Below, piece after piece: positions 27,459 through 37,312 of a stretch of 64,000 bases of DNA (the first letter of the stretch is position 1; every line of letters begins with the position of its first letter). The stretch is taken from the sequence record DRR378314_1378. One strand, written 5' to 3'. The notes below the pieces were generated by a model, which was not told the origin of the DNA, did not search any database, and saw only the letters and a list, made by a program, of their open reading frames with translations. The translations under genes and the position numbers were made by a program.

Positions 27459-29114
27459 TTAACCTTCTAGTGCATTTAATGCAATTTCGATAGCATTTTC
27501 TAATTTGCTTAATGCTCCTTTGATTAATGATGGGGAGTACACTTTAGAGTGTTCCTGTACAAATTGGTAAATTCCCTTCAAAATATCACTTTCTTTGGAT
27601 AAATAATTATCAGCGCTGACAAACTTATACCTTTGATAAAGGTATTCACAAAAATACTCTATATCGTTATGGTTCCAATTTTTGATGCATTCCTCCCATT
27701 GCTCAATATTCAACTCTTGCAGGATTGGTGTCATTTGATAATTGGCATTACCATAAAGTTGTGATTCTTGAAAAGAGGACTTTAATGATTTAAATAACTC
27801 GTCATATTCACTCTTAACTTGTTTTTTCTGTATATCTTTTAAATATCGTTTTTCTATTTCTGCATATGGGCTATTTTCGATATTTAAGTTCATGTTCCCG
27901 CGAGATGAATAAAATTTCTTTTTATCAGCTAACGACTCTACTTTCTCGAATGTAATTTTATCGTTCTCAGGTATGTACATGTTTTTTACAAGATAATCGT
28001 AGTAATATAAGCATTGGAAAAACTTACTAACTTCAACTGAATGTGTAAGTAAAATGTACTTTTCAATTTTCCTTAAACCTTTGCTGAACTCGACATCACT
28101 TAATCTCGATATGTTATTGTACAGTAAGCTATCAAGCGGCGAATTATTCTTTGGGAGTTCATGTAAATTCAAAACATCAGATAGGTCTATATTTTTGCCT
28201 ACAATAAATTTAATAAAGCTTTTATTCAATTGAAGGGATTGCCTTAAACGTAAATTTAATTTTTCCTTATTATCAGTAATATCAAGCATTTCATGTATTT
28301 TCATATTTTCAATGTAATACTTTTTAGAAATCAACAAACCATCCCTTAAGAGCATTGTTTTTACTAAATCTAAGTTCACATTACTACCCATGTTACTCAA
28401 GTGTTCTAAAAGTTTATCAAGTCTCTTTAATGTTCGATTTAGAATGCGTAAGTTATAAAGATTGTACATGTTTATAAATATTTCTATATCAGCTTGTGAG
28501 TTAATTAGATGGTTCAATTTTGATTTTAGAATTTGATATAAATCAGCACTACTAGGGTCATAATTTATGGCTTCAGAGAATGTTTTTTCAATAAAGTATT
28601 TCTCAAGTTTGAGTTCTTTTTCATAAGTGACGAATAAAAATTTATTTTCACTTTGTGTAAGCCTCAAACATTCCCCAATAATATGTTTTTTTAAAGAAGA
28701 GCATTCGATACGCTCAATATCATCTATAATAAAAACTTCATCAGTAATGTTTTTCAGCATATAGTGTTTTGCAGCACCTGCAGAACCTTTAATAAAGCTA
28801 CTAATGATACTAGTGCCGCCAGTAGCTTTCTCTGCTGTAGTAAGTAGATGTGTTAGATGGGTTACCCCTTTTGTATCATGCTTTTCTTCTAAATATCTTT
28901 TTGCTATTAATAAATCTTTAAAGTCATCTAGTGATGTAATACCTAGTACCGATAGATATGTGATTTTATATTCGAATTTATTTTTGAGTTCAGTAGTCAA
29001 AAACTTTTCAACATAGTAAGTTTTACCAATGCCCCATTTACCAGTAAATATAATCATGGGTGGGTATGAGTCATCGTTGAATAAATCATTTATCTGAGTT
29101 GCGTAGTCTTGCAT
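27459..29114 (-). CDS. KAP-family P-loop NTPase (cargo)
   Basis: GKWGIGKT Walker A, YLSVLG and IIDDIERI Walker B; very AT-rich. Confidence 0.8.
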   Translation of the reverse strand: MQDYATQINDLFNDDSYPPMIIFTGKWGIGKTYYVEKFLTTELKNKFEYKITYLSVLGITSLDDFKDLLIAKRYLEEKHDTKGVTHLTHLLTTAEKATGGTSIISSFIKGSAGAAKHYMLKNITDEVFIIDDIERIECSSLKKHIIGECLRLTQSENKFLFVTYEKELKLEKYFIEKTFSEAINYDPSSADLYQILKSKLNHLINSQADIEIFINMYNLYNLRILNRTLKRLDKLLEHLSNMGSNVNLDLVKTMLLRDGLLISKKYYIENMKIHEMLDITDNKEKLNLRLRQSLQLNKSFIKFIVGKNIDLSDVLNLHELPKNNSPLDSLLYNNISRLSDVEFSKGLRKIEKYILLTHSVEVSKFFQCLYYYDYLVKNMYIPENDKITFEKVESLADKKKFYSSRGNMNLNIENSPYAEIEKRYLKDIQKKQVKSEYDELFKSLKSSFQESQLYGNANYQMTPILQELNIEQWEECIKNWNHNDIEYFCEYLYQRYKFVSADNYLSKESDILKGIYQFVQEHSKVYSPSLIKGALSKLENAIEIALNALEG

Positions 29115-29147
29115 ATGAAGTTCCTTTTTAATTTAATACAAACTATG

Positions 29148-29345
29148 TCAACTCCTATAACTTATCAAGACTTTATAAGCCTCCCTGTACTCATCCATTA
29201 AACCCGTTACATCTAACCCCATAACTTTTCGTTGGTTAATGTAACGGGAGAATAGGTTTAAACCGTATTCGTACTGCCACTGCTTTGGCTTTTTACCGCC
29301 GCTAAGTTGCAGCGCAGTGAGCAGTACAAAGTTATTGTTTTGCAT
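29148..29345 (-). CDS. Hypothetical phage protein
   Basis: Coupled to the upstream gene. Confidence 0.5.
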   Translation of the reverse strand: MQNNNFVLLTALQLSGGKKPKQWQYEYGLNLFSRYINQRKVMGLDVTGLMDEYREAYKVLISYRS

Positions 29346-29583
29346 GTTTATGCTTAGGGATGCTTTGAATTCTTACTTCATTACCGTCGGTAATACGGAT
29401 GAACTCAAACCAACAATGAATGCACACAGTGTGATCGTTATAAACCTCGCCTTCTGGTGGGCGCATGGTTTTTAAAGTGTTATCGCACTTAGGGCATTGG
29501 TAGTGAATAACCAACTTATTACGGGTTAATACACCTTTAAAAAATGCTTCGCATTCTGCTTTAATATCGCTTAACAGTTCCAT
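29332..29583 (-). CDS. Small zinc-finger protein
   Basis: CPKC...CIHC. Confidence 0.55.
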   Translation of the reverse strand: MELLSDIKAECEAFFKGVLTRNKLVIHYQCPKCDNTLKTMRPPEGEVYNDHTVCIHCWFEFIRITDGNEVRIQSIPKHKHAKQ

Positions 29584-29591
29584 ATTGCCCC

Positions 29592-29999
29592 CTACAAACT
29601 TAAATTTAATTGTGTTTCGTGCCCCTGTTCGTCTTGGTATGCACTGTAAATACTGCTTACTTGCTGGCGAGTGATCTTAAAACGCTTAACCAGCTGCTGA
29701 ATGTTGCTGCTTTTTGTGTCCAGGGCTTGGCAAATTTGTTGATTGCGAATTTGCATTAGCACCTTATGTAGCATGGGTATTTGATAGCTTGAGCCTACGT
29801 TTGCGTCTATTAGCTCTTGGACCAAGGCTTTACCAAATACTTTAACTACTTCGTGATCCTCCGTTGGCTTTTCAGGGATATAAAACATCTGCCCTTGTTG
29901 CTCGGTGAGTATCGCAATGGTTTTCTCAACCCCCAAGTGTTTAACTATGCGGCGCAGCCCATGGGGTAATGCTCGTAAATCTATGGTTGATTCGCTCAT
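29592..29999 (-). CDS. Mor/C-family transcription activator
   Basis: G..FYIP, RNQQI and a C-terminal HTH. Confidence 0.8.
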   Translation of the reverse strand: MSESTIDLRALPHGLRRIVKHLGVEKTIAILTEQQGQMFYIPEKPTEDHEVVKVFGKALVQELIDANVGSSYQIPMLHKVLMQIRNQQICQALDTKSSNIQQLVKRFKITRQQVSSIYSAYQDEQGHETQLNLSL

Positions 30000-30193
30000 G
30001 ATTGCTCCTCAAATAAATACTCTAAGCCGCTTTCACGCTCGATGCGGCGTTGCTCGTGGTAGTCTTCAACATTACGGCGTATGCGCCCTTTTTTAAGCGC
30101 AGTGGCTTTAACTGGGCGATAGCGTTCTTCCTCTGTATAAGGTGGCTTACGCGGGTTAATGGTAAAATTTTGATACTCTTCGTAATTAGCCAT
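29996..30193 (-). CDS. Hypothetical phage protein
   Basis: Coupled within the early operon. Confidence 0.5.
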   Translation of the reverse strand: MANYEEYQNFTINPRKPPYTEEERYRPVKATALKKGRIRRNVEDYHEQRRIERESGLEYLFEEQS

Positions 30194-30592
30194 TTACGCC
30201 CCCTGCTTTGTTTTATGACGCGCTAACCACTGCTTAAGTACTTCGATAATATGCGGCCATTGCTGTGCGCTTTGGCTGAGCTTTTTACCTTGTAAGTGCT
30301 TTTCACAAAACGAGTCGCATGCTTGTTTTGAATCGATACTTACCGCACCAGCGCGGCTTAACTGACCCCACAGGCTGTAAATCATTTTTAACTGAGCCGG
30401 TAACTGCTTTTTGCCTGCGTTTGGATTCATTGAACGGTAACGTGTAAGCAGCTGTTGTTGCTCAAGCTTGGTAAGCTTTACGCATGTATTAGTGCGGCCA
30501 TCACATATGTACGACACATTAAGTTGGTGGGTATCTTGGTCGATACCCGCCGCCTTTTGTGCAATTTTGATTTGTTGGATCAAGTTGCTCAC
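30194..30592 (-). CDS. gemA: GemA (Mu gp16 / DUF1018)-like protein
   Basis: IQQIKIA..., QLKMIYSLW and IIEVLKQW motifs. Confidence 0.8.
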   Translation of the reverse strand: MSNLIQQIKIAQKAAGIDQDTHQLNVSYICDGRTNTCVKLTKLEQQQLLTRYRSMNPNAGKKQLPAQLKMIYSLWGQLSRAGAVSIDSKQACDSFCEKHLQGKKLSQSAQQWPHIIEVLKQWLARHKTKQGA

Positions 30593-30948
30593 GCGCTTTC
30601 CTCCATTGGGGTTAGCTCAAAAGCCACAGCGGGCTTTAACGTGATGACCTTAATGCCCCAATCGACCATGCCATCAATAAATATACGCGCTAGGTTTGGG
30701 TGTAAGTTGTTAAAGCGAATAGCCAATTGCTCAGCCGATTTAACGCCTAAAACGTGCTGAATAGTGAATAGCTTTTCGGCTATCAGCATTGAGAACGCGG
30801 CTTTGATATTGCCGTTGCAGCTGTCGATAAACTCGCCAGAACCTTGTTTATCAGCAAGTACAGCCAGCATATGTTGGGTGCTTATGGTGTCGTTTACTGC
30901 TAAACGGGCGGTAAAACGTGGAGTGTTTAAATTAATTGAAAATGCCAT
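30589..30948 (-). CDS. Hypothetical phage protein
   Basis: AAGGA RBS; follows the MuB moiety. Confidence 0.55.
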   Translation of the reverse strand: MAFSINLNTPRFTARLAVNDTISTQHMLAVLADKQGSGEFIDSCNGNIKAAFSMLIAEKLFTIQHVLGVKSAEQLAIRFNNLHPNLARIFIDGMVDWGIKVITLKPAVAFELTPMEESA

Positions 30949-30961
30949 GATTAAATCCTTA

Positions 30962-30989
30962 TTTAAAATGTGTTTAAACAGCGTTTAAA
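30962..30989. repeat. TTTAAA array, 11-bp period
   Basis: TTTAAA at 30962, 30973, 30984; a partial unit at 30951. Confidence 0.75.
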
Positions 30990-33882
30990 CCGCTGGTTTA
31001 TTAAGTACTGATGAAAAAATGCCATTGACTAACAGCTTGTCTACGGCAGTGTCTGGGTTTTTGTTGGTGTGGTTAAGCAAATGCGGTAACAAGTTTTCAA
31101 CCAGCTCACGGGCGTTGCCCTCAACGCGTTTGTGCAGCCATTGCCACCACTTTGGATCGTTTTGGGCGAGTTTTACGGTGCCCTCGGTTAGCTCTAAAAA
31201 CAGAGTGCGAATGTCTTCAACTGTGATTTGGCCAATGGGTTTAGGCCAAAAGCACACGCGGCTTGCTATGAGTTCGTAACGCTCTTGGGTTTGCAGTTTG
31301 TCTACTAGTTGAATGTTGCCAACCAGGGTTACACCTACAATGGCTTGGTCGCTTATGGTACGCAGTGGGTCAAGCGAGTTAGGTTTGCACTTATCGGCTT
31401 CGTCTAAAATAATTAGGCGGTCTGTGTCACGCAGTGCGCTAATAATTTTTTGCATGTTTTTATAGGCACTTGGGCAGCGCGATAAGCCCAGGGCTGTGGT
31501 TAATTGTTCAAGCACTTGGGTGCTACTGGTTTGCTCGCTGCCGGCAATTAAAATGGCCTCTTTGTTATGGCGGCAATACTCCGCAATGCCTTTGGTTTTA
31601 CCCAACCCTGCTTGGCCTGCAAACACACTAAAACGTTTACGTTGTCGTGCTTGGTCGCAGGCCATAGCAATTAGCTTTGATGTGCTGGTAGGAATAAAGC
31701 GCACATCACCGTACACAATGCTTATTTGTTTACGCTCAGTAAGTTCACCGCCTGCTTTGCCTTGCTCAACCTCTGCAGGGCAAATAAGCGCCCAAATGTC
31801 GTGCAGGTGCTTGGTGGGCTTTGCGTTGTACTTGCCATTAATTAATTGGCTAATAGATGCAGGGCTTTTACCCATACTTACCGCAATGCTGGCGCTGGTA
31901 ATGTTTTGCTCGCGTATTTCGGGTGATTGTAAGCGCAAGCAAATACGCGCTGCGAGTTCACGGTCAGTTTTGTTATATGACTTATTAAAGCCGCTGCGTT
32001 TTTCAATCTCGGTGATGGCCGCTTCACCAAATAACTGGTGCCAAATTTGTGTAATGATTTTTTCAGGGTTGATGGTGCATTTGTTTGCCAGTACTTCTTT
32101 AACTGACTGCAATGCAAAGCCACAGTTTAGCTCCTCGGCGGTCATGCCTGTGATACTTAGCTCTTGGTTAATTAGCTCAACACGCAGGGTTTGCTCGGGC
32201 GTGTATGGGTGTGGTTGGCTATAGCTCATAAGTGTGTTCCTTGCGTAAATTGGGTTGTCTAATAATTCGTTTAGGTCGATATCGTGTTGTGGCTGTGCGG
32301 GTGTTACATCAAAATCAAAAATGTTTACCGGTGCCTCTTGTGCTGCAATACCTTTAATTGGTGCTGCAAACTTAGCCACTGAGTCAACATCGACAATGCG
32401 CTCTTGATTCTCTTGGGCTTCAATCTCACGGCGTTTGGTATCAATGCGTTTTAAGCGACCAGTGCGGCGCTTGCTTTCGGCTTGCTCAATGCGTGATGTA
32501 GGTACCGCGTGCGATTTAGTTTTTAAGTTAGCGAACATTAAAAACTCACCGTTTAGCTTATAAAGCTTGGTGTAGCTGTCGTCGTGTAGGTCGTAAGCGG
32601 CAACAAGCTCTTGGCCGTTAAACTGGTGTAAAAAGTCAGCTGAATAATCACGTTGATGTAAGCGAAAGCGGCCACGGCGAATATTGACGGTTTCGCGCGG
32701 TAGCATGACAAAGTCACCCTCTACTGGTGGTACGCGCTCGATGTTTTCGTCCCACACTTGTTGGCGGGTTTTGCCTTTTACCTCGGGGTGCTCGCTGTTG
32801 TGGTAGTCGTTTAAAAACGCTTTAAATTCGCCTATCCATTCGTCTACGCTTGGCAACTTACGTTTGCCTTGCTTGGCCTCTTTAAGTACCAGTTGTTTGT
32901 GGCGGTCGTCGTGGTCGCGCCCGCAATAGGTGCTAAAGCGTTTACCAACACGGTCTTCCATGTGTAAAAAGAATCGCTCTATCCACTTAACACGGGCATT
33001 GCCTGGTATGGCAAAAATTACGTCTATTTCAAACTGGGCATAAAAGCCAGTGGTGTCGTCGTTCATCAGTTTGTTTTTGTAGCCTGAGCCGTTATCAAGG
33101 TAAAACATGGCGGGTACGTTGTTATGCACTTTAATAGCGCGGCTTATTGCTGCTAGCGTATCGAGTGTGCTTTCGGCGTAGCCGAGTTCCCAGCCCACAA
33201 TGCAGCGACTTGCTACGTCTTGAAAGGCCGTTAATTCGGCGCGATAAGGCTTACCCGTTTTTGGGTGTGCTAGGTATACGTCGAGCGTGTGGCCATCGCC
33301 GTTATACATAACACCAGGCTTAATATTGTCGGTTGAGCGTAAAAGGTGGTCTTTATGTTTTTCACGGTAAAGTTTTGCCCCCATACGATACGGGCTTTGT
33401 GGGCCTAGCTCATGTGGCAGTGCATTTATAAAGCGGCGTACTTGGTGATGCTCTGCCTTGTAACCCTCTTTGTTTAGTTGGTCGGCTACTTGTGCAAAGC
33501 TTGGGCTATTAGGGCTGTGGTAAAGCTCAAGGCAGCGGGAAAGCCAGCTGTACTGTGTTTGTGCTTTGCCTTTGTGGTTGGGTAATAGGCCATTAATGCC
33601 ATTGTCTTTGTAAGCATTGCACCAGTTATACACGGTTGCACGCCCTGGTAATTTACCCAGTGCATCAATAGCGGTTGCAAGTGTGGCCATTGCTGTGTTT
33701 GCGCGGTACGCAGTAACCAGCGCTTCAAATGCCTTTTGTAAACCGCACTCTTGTATTAATAAGTGGCGAACTACCACTGCCCTACTTTGGGCTTTTTTAC
33801 GGGCTGTTTCGCTGGCGTTTTGCCAACTCAGCTCGTTACCTGTGCTGGGTAACTTATTGTATTTTTGAACTGCAGGATGCAT
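30985..33882 (-). CDS. MuA-like DDE transposase fused in frame to MuB-like AAA+ ATPase (965 aa)
   Basis: DDE motifs NGDGH, YLDNGSGY and WIERFF in residues 1-551; HTH, GQAGLGKT and LIILDEAD in residues 552-965; internal AAGGA-N8-ATG at 32229. Confidence 0.9.
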   Translation of the reverse strand: MHPAVQKYNKLPSTGNELSWQNASETARKKAQSRAVVVRHLLIQECGLQKAFEALVTAYRANTAMATLATAIDALGKLPGRATVYNWCNAYKDNGINGLLPNHKGKAQTQYSWLSRCLELYHSPNSPSFAQVADQLNKEGYKAEHHQVRRFINALPHELGPQSPYRMGAKLYREKHKDHLLRSTDNIKPGVMYNGDGHTLDVYLAHPKTGKPYRAELTAFQDVASRCIVGWELGYAESTLDTLAAISRAIKVHNNVPAMFYLDNGSGYKNKLMNDDTTGFYAQFEIDVIFAIPGNARVKWIERFFLHMEDRVGKRFSTYCGRDHDDRHKQLVLKEAKQGKRKLPSVDEWIGEFKAFLNDYHNSEHPEVKGKTRQQVWDENIERVPPVEGDFVMLPRETVNIRRGRFRLHQRDYSADFLHQFNGQELVAAYDLHDDSYTKLYKLNGEFLMFANLKTKSHAVPTSRIEQAESKRRTGRLKRIDTKRREIEAQENQERIVDVDSVAKFAAPIKGIAAQEAPVNIFDFDVTPAQPQHDIDLNELLDNPIYARNTLMSYSQPHPYTPEQTLRVELINQELSITGMTAEELNCGFALQSVKEVLANKCTINPEKIITQIWHQLFGEAAITEIEKRSGFNKSYNKTDRELAARICLRLQSPEIREQNITSASIAVSMGKSPASISQLINGKYNAKPTKHLHDIWALICPAEVEQGKAGGELTERKQISIVYGDVRFIPTSTSKLIAMACDQARQRKRFSVFAGQAGLGKTKGIAEYCRHNKEAILIAGSEQTSSTQVLEQLTTALGLSRCPSAYKNMQKIISALRDTDRLIILDEADKCKPNSLDPLRTISDQAIVGVTLVGNIQLVDKLQTQERYELIASRVCFWPKPIGQITVEDIRTLFLELTEGTVKLAQNDPKWWQWLHKRVEGNARELVENLLPHLLNHTNKNPDTAVDKLLVNGIFSSVLNKPAV

Positions 33883-33891
33883 TGCTCTCTC

Positions 33892-34797
33892 CTACTTGGT
33901 ATTAAAACGATCGTTGAACATGGCGAGCATGTATTCACGGTTTGCTTGGGCGTCTTGCCATTCGTCTTCGGCAAATTGTGGTATGCACTCAGCGCCGGCT
34001 AAATGCTCAGGGCCAAACTCGCCGCTTAACCGATTTAACATGTGGGTTATACGCTGTTGAATGGCTAGCCATAAATGCCATGTTGTTTGTGCTGCGCCTA
34101 TGCGGTGGTTTAGGTCTAGGTCGCGGGCGTTACAGAGCTGCTCTACCATGGCAATAAACTCTTCGAGCGACTCATTCACAACGGCATTATGTGCAAACGA
34201 TTTTTGGCGCACCTGTGCAACCAGCATAGGTAGCTCGTACATTTGCTTAGGGGCCTTGGTTAAGCGCTCGGTCTCTAGCGCATTAATGAGCGTGGCTGTT
34301 TGATCTTCAAGCTCGGTGTGCTTGTCTTTTAGCTTGCGAATTTCTTTACGGAACTCACGGACTGATAAGTCGTTAAGCGTGTCTAGGTCGTCGTCATCTA
34401 ACGATTCAACGGTTTCAACCGGTAAACGCGCCATTTCAATCAGCTTGCTTTTGTTCATGTTTAAAAGCGCCGACGTCGGCGCTTTTGACTCTGGCAGCGC
34501 TAAAAACATTTTTGCTACCGCGATGCTGCTTTGAGCTGAACGTGGTGCAATAGAGTATTCACGTAGCTTGCGTTCAAATTCACCGTGTGTTGAATGCATT
34601 TTGATGGATAAATAAATAAGCCCGCGCTTTGCGGTATCTACCAGCGCTTGCTCTTCCATACGCACAACCAGTTGCCATGCTTCGTCAACAGAATCTGGCA
34701 TTACAAGTTGTATGTGCCCTGCCATCTTCTCGATTTTGGCACTGAGTTGCTGCTGCTCTTCGGCAGAGAATGTTTGATCCATTAAATCAGTGCTCAT
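33892..34797 (-). CDS. DUF3102-like Mu-type phage protein
   Basis: G....IK....HGEF...APRSAQ motif; GGAGG RBS before ATG at 34797. Confidence 0.7.
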   Translation of the reverse strand: MSTDLMDQTFSAEEQQQLSAKIEKMAGHIQLVMPDSVDEAWQLVVRMEEQALVDTAKRGLIYLSIKMHSTHGEFERKLREYSIAPRSAQSSIAVAKMFLALPESKAPTSALLNMNKSKLIEMARLPVETVESLDDDDLDTLNDLSVREFRKEIRKLKDKHTELEDQTATLINALETERLTKAPKQMYELPMLVAQVRQKSFAHNAVVNESLEEFIAMVEQLCNARDLDLNHRIGAAQTTWHLWLAIQQRITHMLNRLSGEFGPEHLAGAECIPQFAEDEWQDAQANREYMLAMFNDRFNTK

Positions 34798-34915
34798 AAC
34801 GGCCTCCAACGGCGTTTATGCGGCTGGCTTTACAAAATGCAGACGGTTTTTGGTCTTTGAGTGTCATTGTTTTTAGCCTTATATGGGTTTTATATCGGGT
34901 GGTGTAATGGTGCTT

Positions 34916-35383
34916 TCAGTCTTGGTTATCGTTGTTGAGTAGCGACTCTGAAATATAACGCTGCATGGCGGTTCGCTCTTCTATCTCCATTTGCAGTTCG
35001 GCGTGTTGCTGTAACAGCTGAGAGCGTTGGTCAACGGCTTTAAACAAAATAGGTTTTAGTAGCACGTTGGCAGGCTCTGTTGAGCGCACGGCATAACACA
35101 GCGCTGGCAAATAATGCATTGGCATATAGTTGCTTTGACTTGGGGCTAACCATTTATTGAGTTTGGCTTGGTCTACATCGTTATTTTGAGCGCGGAGTGC
35201 ATCGTTCATGCGGTCAGCTATTACTGGGCGACTAAAGCCTGAACGCTTCATGGCTGAGCATACGCTGTGAATAAACAAGTGGTATATATCGCAATCAGGC
35301 GCTACGTCGGCATCTAAAATGCTTTTAGTGAGTTGTTTTTGCTGTGCCATTGTTAAATTTTCCATGGTAAAAATCTCTTGCAA
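34916..35383 (-). CDS. Putative DNA-binding phage regulatory protein
   Basis: SRPVIADRM...LNKWLAPS motif; located after ner. Confidence 0.55.
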   Translation of the reverse strand: MQEIFTMENLTMAQQKQLTKSILDADVAPDCDIYHLFIHSVCSAMKRSGFSRPVIADRMNDALRAQNNDVDQAKLNKWLAPSQSNYMPMHYLPALCYAVRSTEPANVLLKPILFKAVDQRSQLLQQHAELQMEIEERTAMQRYISESLLNNDNQD

Positions 35384-35417
35384 AATTACATTGATTTAAT
35401 ACGCGTGATTGCCGATG

Positions 35418-35684
35418 CTATTGCTCACTGGCTAGTAATTCGCGTAACGCTTGTACTTTTTTAGCACGACAATCTTTGTTTTTAATGTAGGCAGGTACAT
35501 CTGGGAAAATAACATCTACCGGTTTACCGATAATCTTGGCAATGGCAGCAGCCACTTTGTATGAGGTGGTATGTTGATAAACAACACTGCTAACATGCGA
35601 TAGGTTTAAACCTAGCGCAGTAGCAACAATTGACAGTGAATAGCCTTTTTCTTCAAGGGCTTGTTTAATTTGCTCTGGTTTCAT
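35418..35684 (-). CDS. ner: Ner-like HTH regulator
   Basis: MKPEQIKQALEEKGYSLS...IAKIIGKPV..IFP; divergent from the repressor. Confidence 0.8.
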   Translation of the reverse strand: MKPEQIKQALEEKGYSLSIVATALGLNLSHVSSVVYQHTTSYKVAAAIAKIIGKPVDVIFPDVPAYIKNKDCRAKKVQALRELLASEQ

Positions 35685-35769
35685 TGTAAAGTACCTTTTG
35701 GTTTACATTCTCTTTTCAGTTCTTTGGCGAGATAAAAAGAGAGTGTTTTTGTTAATGTGTGCCGAGTAT

Positions 35770-35894
35770 AGTTTCAATATATTGAAACTGTCAACGACAT
35801 AAACTCTAATTTTTAGCATTTCAATGTTCAATATATTGCACATTATTGATTTTGCTTGTAATTTAAATGGTTAAAAGTTTCAATAAATGAAAAC
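35770..35894. promoter_or_regulatory. Three repressor-operator palindromes
   Basis: AGTTTCAATATATTGAAACT (35770-35789, perfect), GTTCAATATATTGCAC (35826-35841), GTTTCAATAAATGAAAAC (35877-35894, overlaps repressor ATG). Confidence 0.75.
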
Positions 35895-36561
35895 TTTTTT
35901 GCGAGATGAACGTAACAGGCTAGGACTAACCCAAGCAGAAGCTTCTAAAGCGATTGGTGTTGGTAAAACTACTTTTCTACGTTGGGAGGCTGGATATCCT
36001 ATTCCTTCTGATAAATTAATAGCTTTATCTGATATTGGTTTTGATATTACTTATGTGCTTAAAGGCATAAAAACGGAACATCTACCAGTAAAAAAATCAT
36101 CCAGTACTCTTTTACAAACTGGGCACCCTGACTTAATTGCCGTACCTCAATATGATTTATCAGCCAGTGCTGGTGGTGGCGCATTAGTGGTAGCTGAGCA
36201 CCCTATTGCTCGTTTTGAACTGTCAAAGCGTTGGTTAGAACAACACAACTTACATAATAAGAAGTTAACCGTTGTTCCCGTTCGCGGTGATAGTATGGAA
36301 AACACACTTCACGATGGTGATTTAACGCTGGTTTCGTTGATAGATGATTTATCAGAAGCACGTGAAGGTGTCTGTGTTCTGCGCTTTGATGATGAGATTT
36401 TTGTAAAACGTATTCAGTACGATTTTAAAACTAAGGGCTATAAAGTCACTAGTGACAACAACGCATACTCTGGCTTTTTTGTTGATGTTGAAGATATAGA
36501 ATCTGGCAGGTTTACAGTGCTTGGCCGTGTAGAGCGAGTGCTGCAAAGGACAAAGGTTTAA
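35887..36561 (+). CDS. CI-like repressor (XRE HTH + S24 autopeptidase)
   Basis: HTH; ASAGGG cleavage site; GDSM and FVKR catalytic motifs. Confidence 0.92.
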   Translation: MKTFLRDERNRLGLTQAEASKAIGVGKTTFLRWEAGYPIPSDKLIALSDIGFDITYVLKGIKTEHLPVKKSSSTLLQTGHPDLIAVPQYDLSASAGGGALVVAEHPIARFELSKRWLEQHNLHNKKLTVVPVRGDSMENTLHDGDLTLVSLIDDLSEAREGVCVLRFDDEIFVKRIQYDFKTKGYKVTSDNNAYSGFFVDVEDIESGRFTVLGRVERVLQRTKV

Positions 36562-36594
36562 ATAGTAACGTACAAATTTTAATGGATTATATTT

Positions 36595-37260
36595 ATGCGA
36601 GTCTGGTTAGAAAAAAATAAAATATACTTTGATACTTTTGCACCTATATCATTAAGCATTGCAGCTCTTTTTGTAGCTATTGCATCTTACAAATTAGCTG
36701 ATCAGCAGCTAAAGCTATCTTCTTTGAATGCTAAACCTAACTTCTATTTAAAGGAAATCTCTTTATATGATCCAGTCGCAAAGCATGCGAATGAGACTGA
36801 GCTGAGAATATACAATTCAGGAGAAGAAATTAGTAATTTTAATAAAAATGTAAATTCAATAATTATAGTTGAACAGTATAAAGAAACAGAAAAGATTGTC
36901 TCTTATATACCAATAATTGGATACTATGATGTTAGTTTTAATTCTTCAGATCCAACTGGTGAATTATCGATTGTTAAAGGTCATAACAATAATGCTAAGT
37001 TTTTTGATGTTTATGTTGAATTCCAAAATTCTAAATTTAATGACAAGTATGGTTTTGTTTTCATATCTCTAAAACATTCAACTCAAATTACTTACACAAA
37101 TAAACTTGGAGAAGATGGCGAGTCATTCTTTATAGACACTTCTCCTGTTAGCTCTGTTGAATACCAAAAGTTTATGAGTAACTACAATGCCAGTGATCAT
37201 ATTAGGTTATATGATTTATCTTTAAGCGATATTGAAAATGTACTGCAAAGTAAAATATGA
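36595..37260 (+). CDS. Cargo protein with N-terminal TM, probably co-transcribed with the repressor
   Basis: Single hydrophobic helix; AT-rich. Confidence 0.6.
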   Translation: MRVWLEKNKIYFDTFAPISLSIAALFVAIASYKLADQQLKLSSLNAKPNFYLKEISLYDPVAKHANETELRIYNSGEEISNFNKNVNSIIIVEQYKETEKIVSYIPIIGYYDVSFNSSDPTGELSIVKGHNNNAKFFDVYVEFQNSKFNDKYGFVFISLKHSTQITYTNKLGEDGESFFIDTSPVSSVEYQKFMSNYNASDHIRLYDLSLSDIENVLQSKI

Positions 37261-37312
37261 TCTCTACAAATGGAACTGATTGGAACTCGCTTAAACACCA
37301 ACAGATTGAAAA

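Noticed and set aside
31496-32224. 242-aa plus-strand ORF within the transposase region
   Set aside because: Antisense shadow of the MuB moiety
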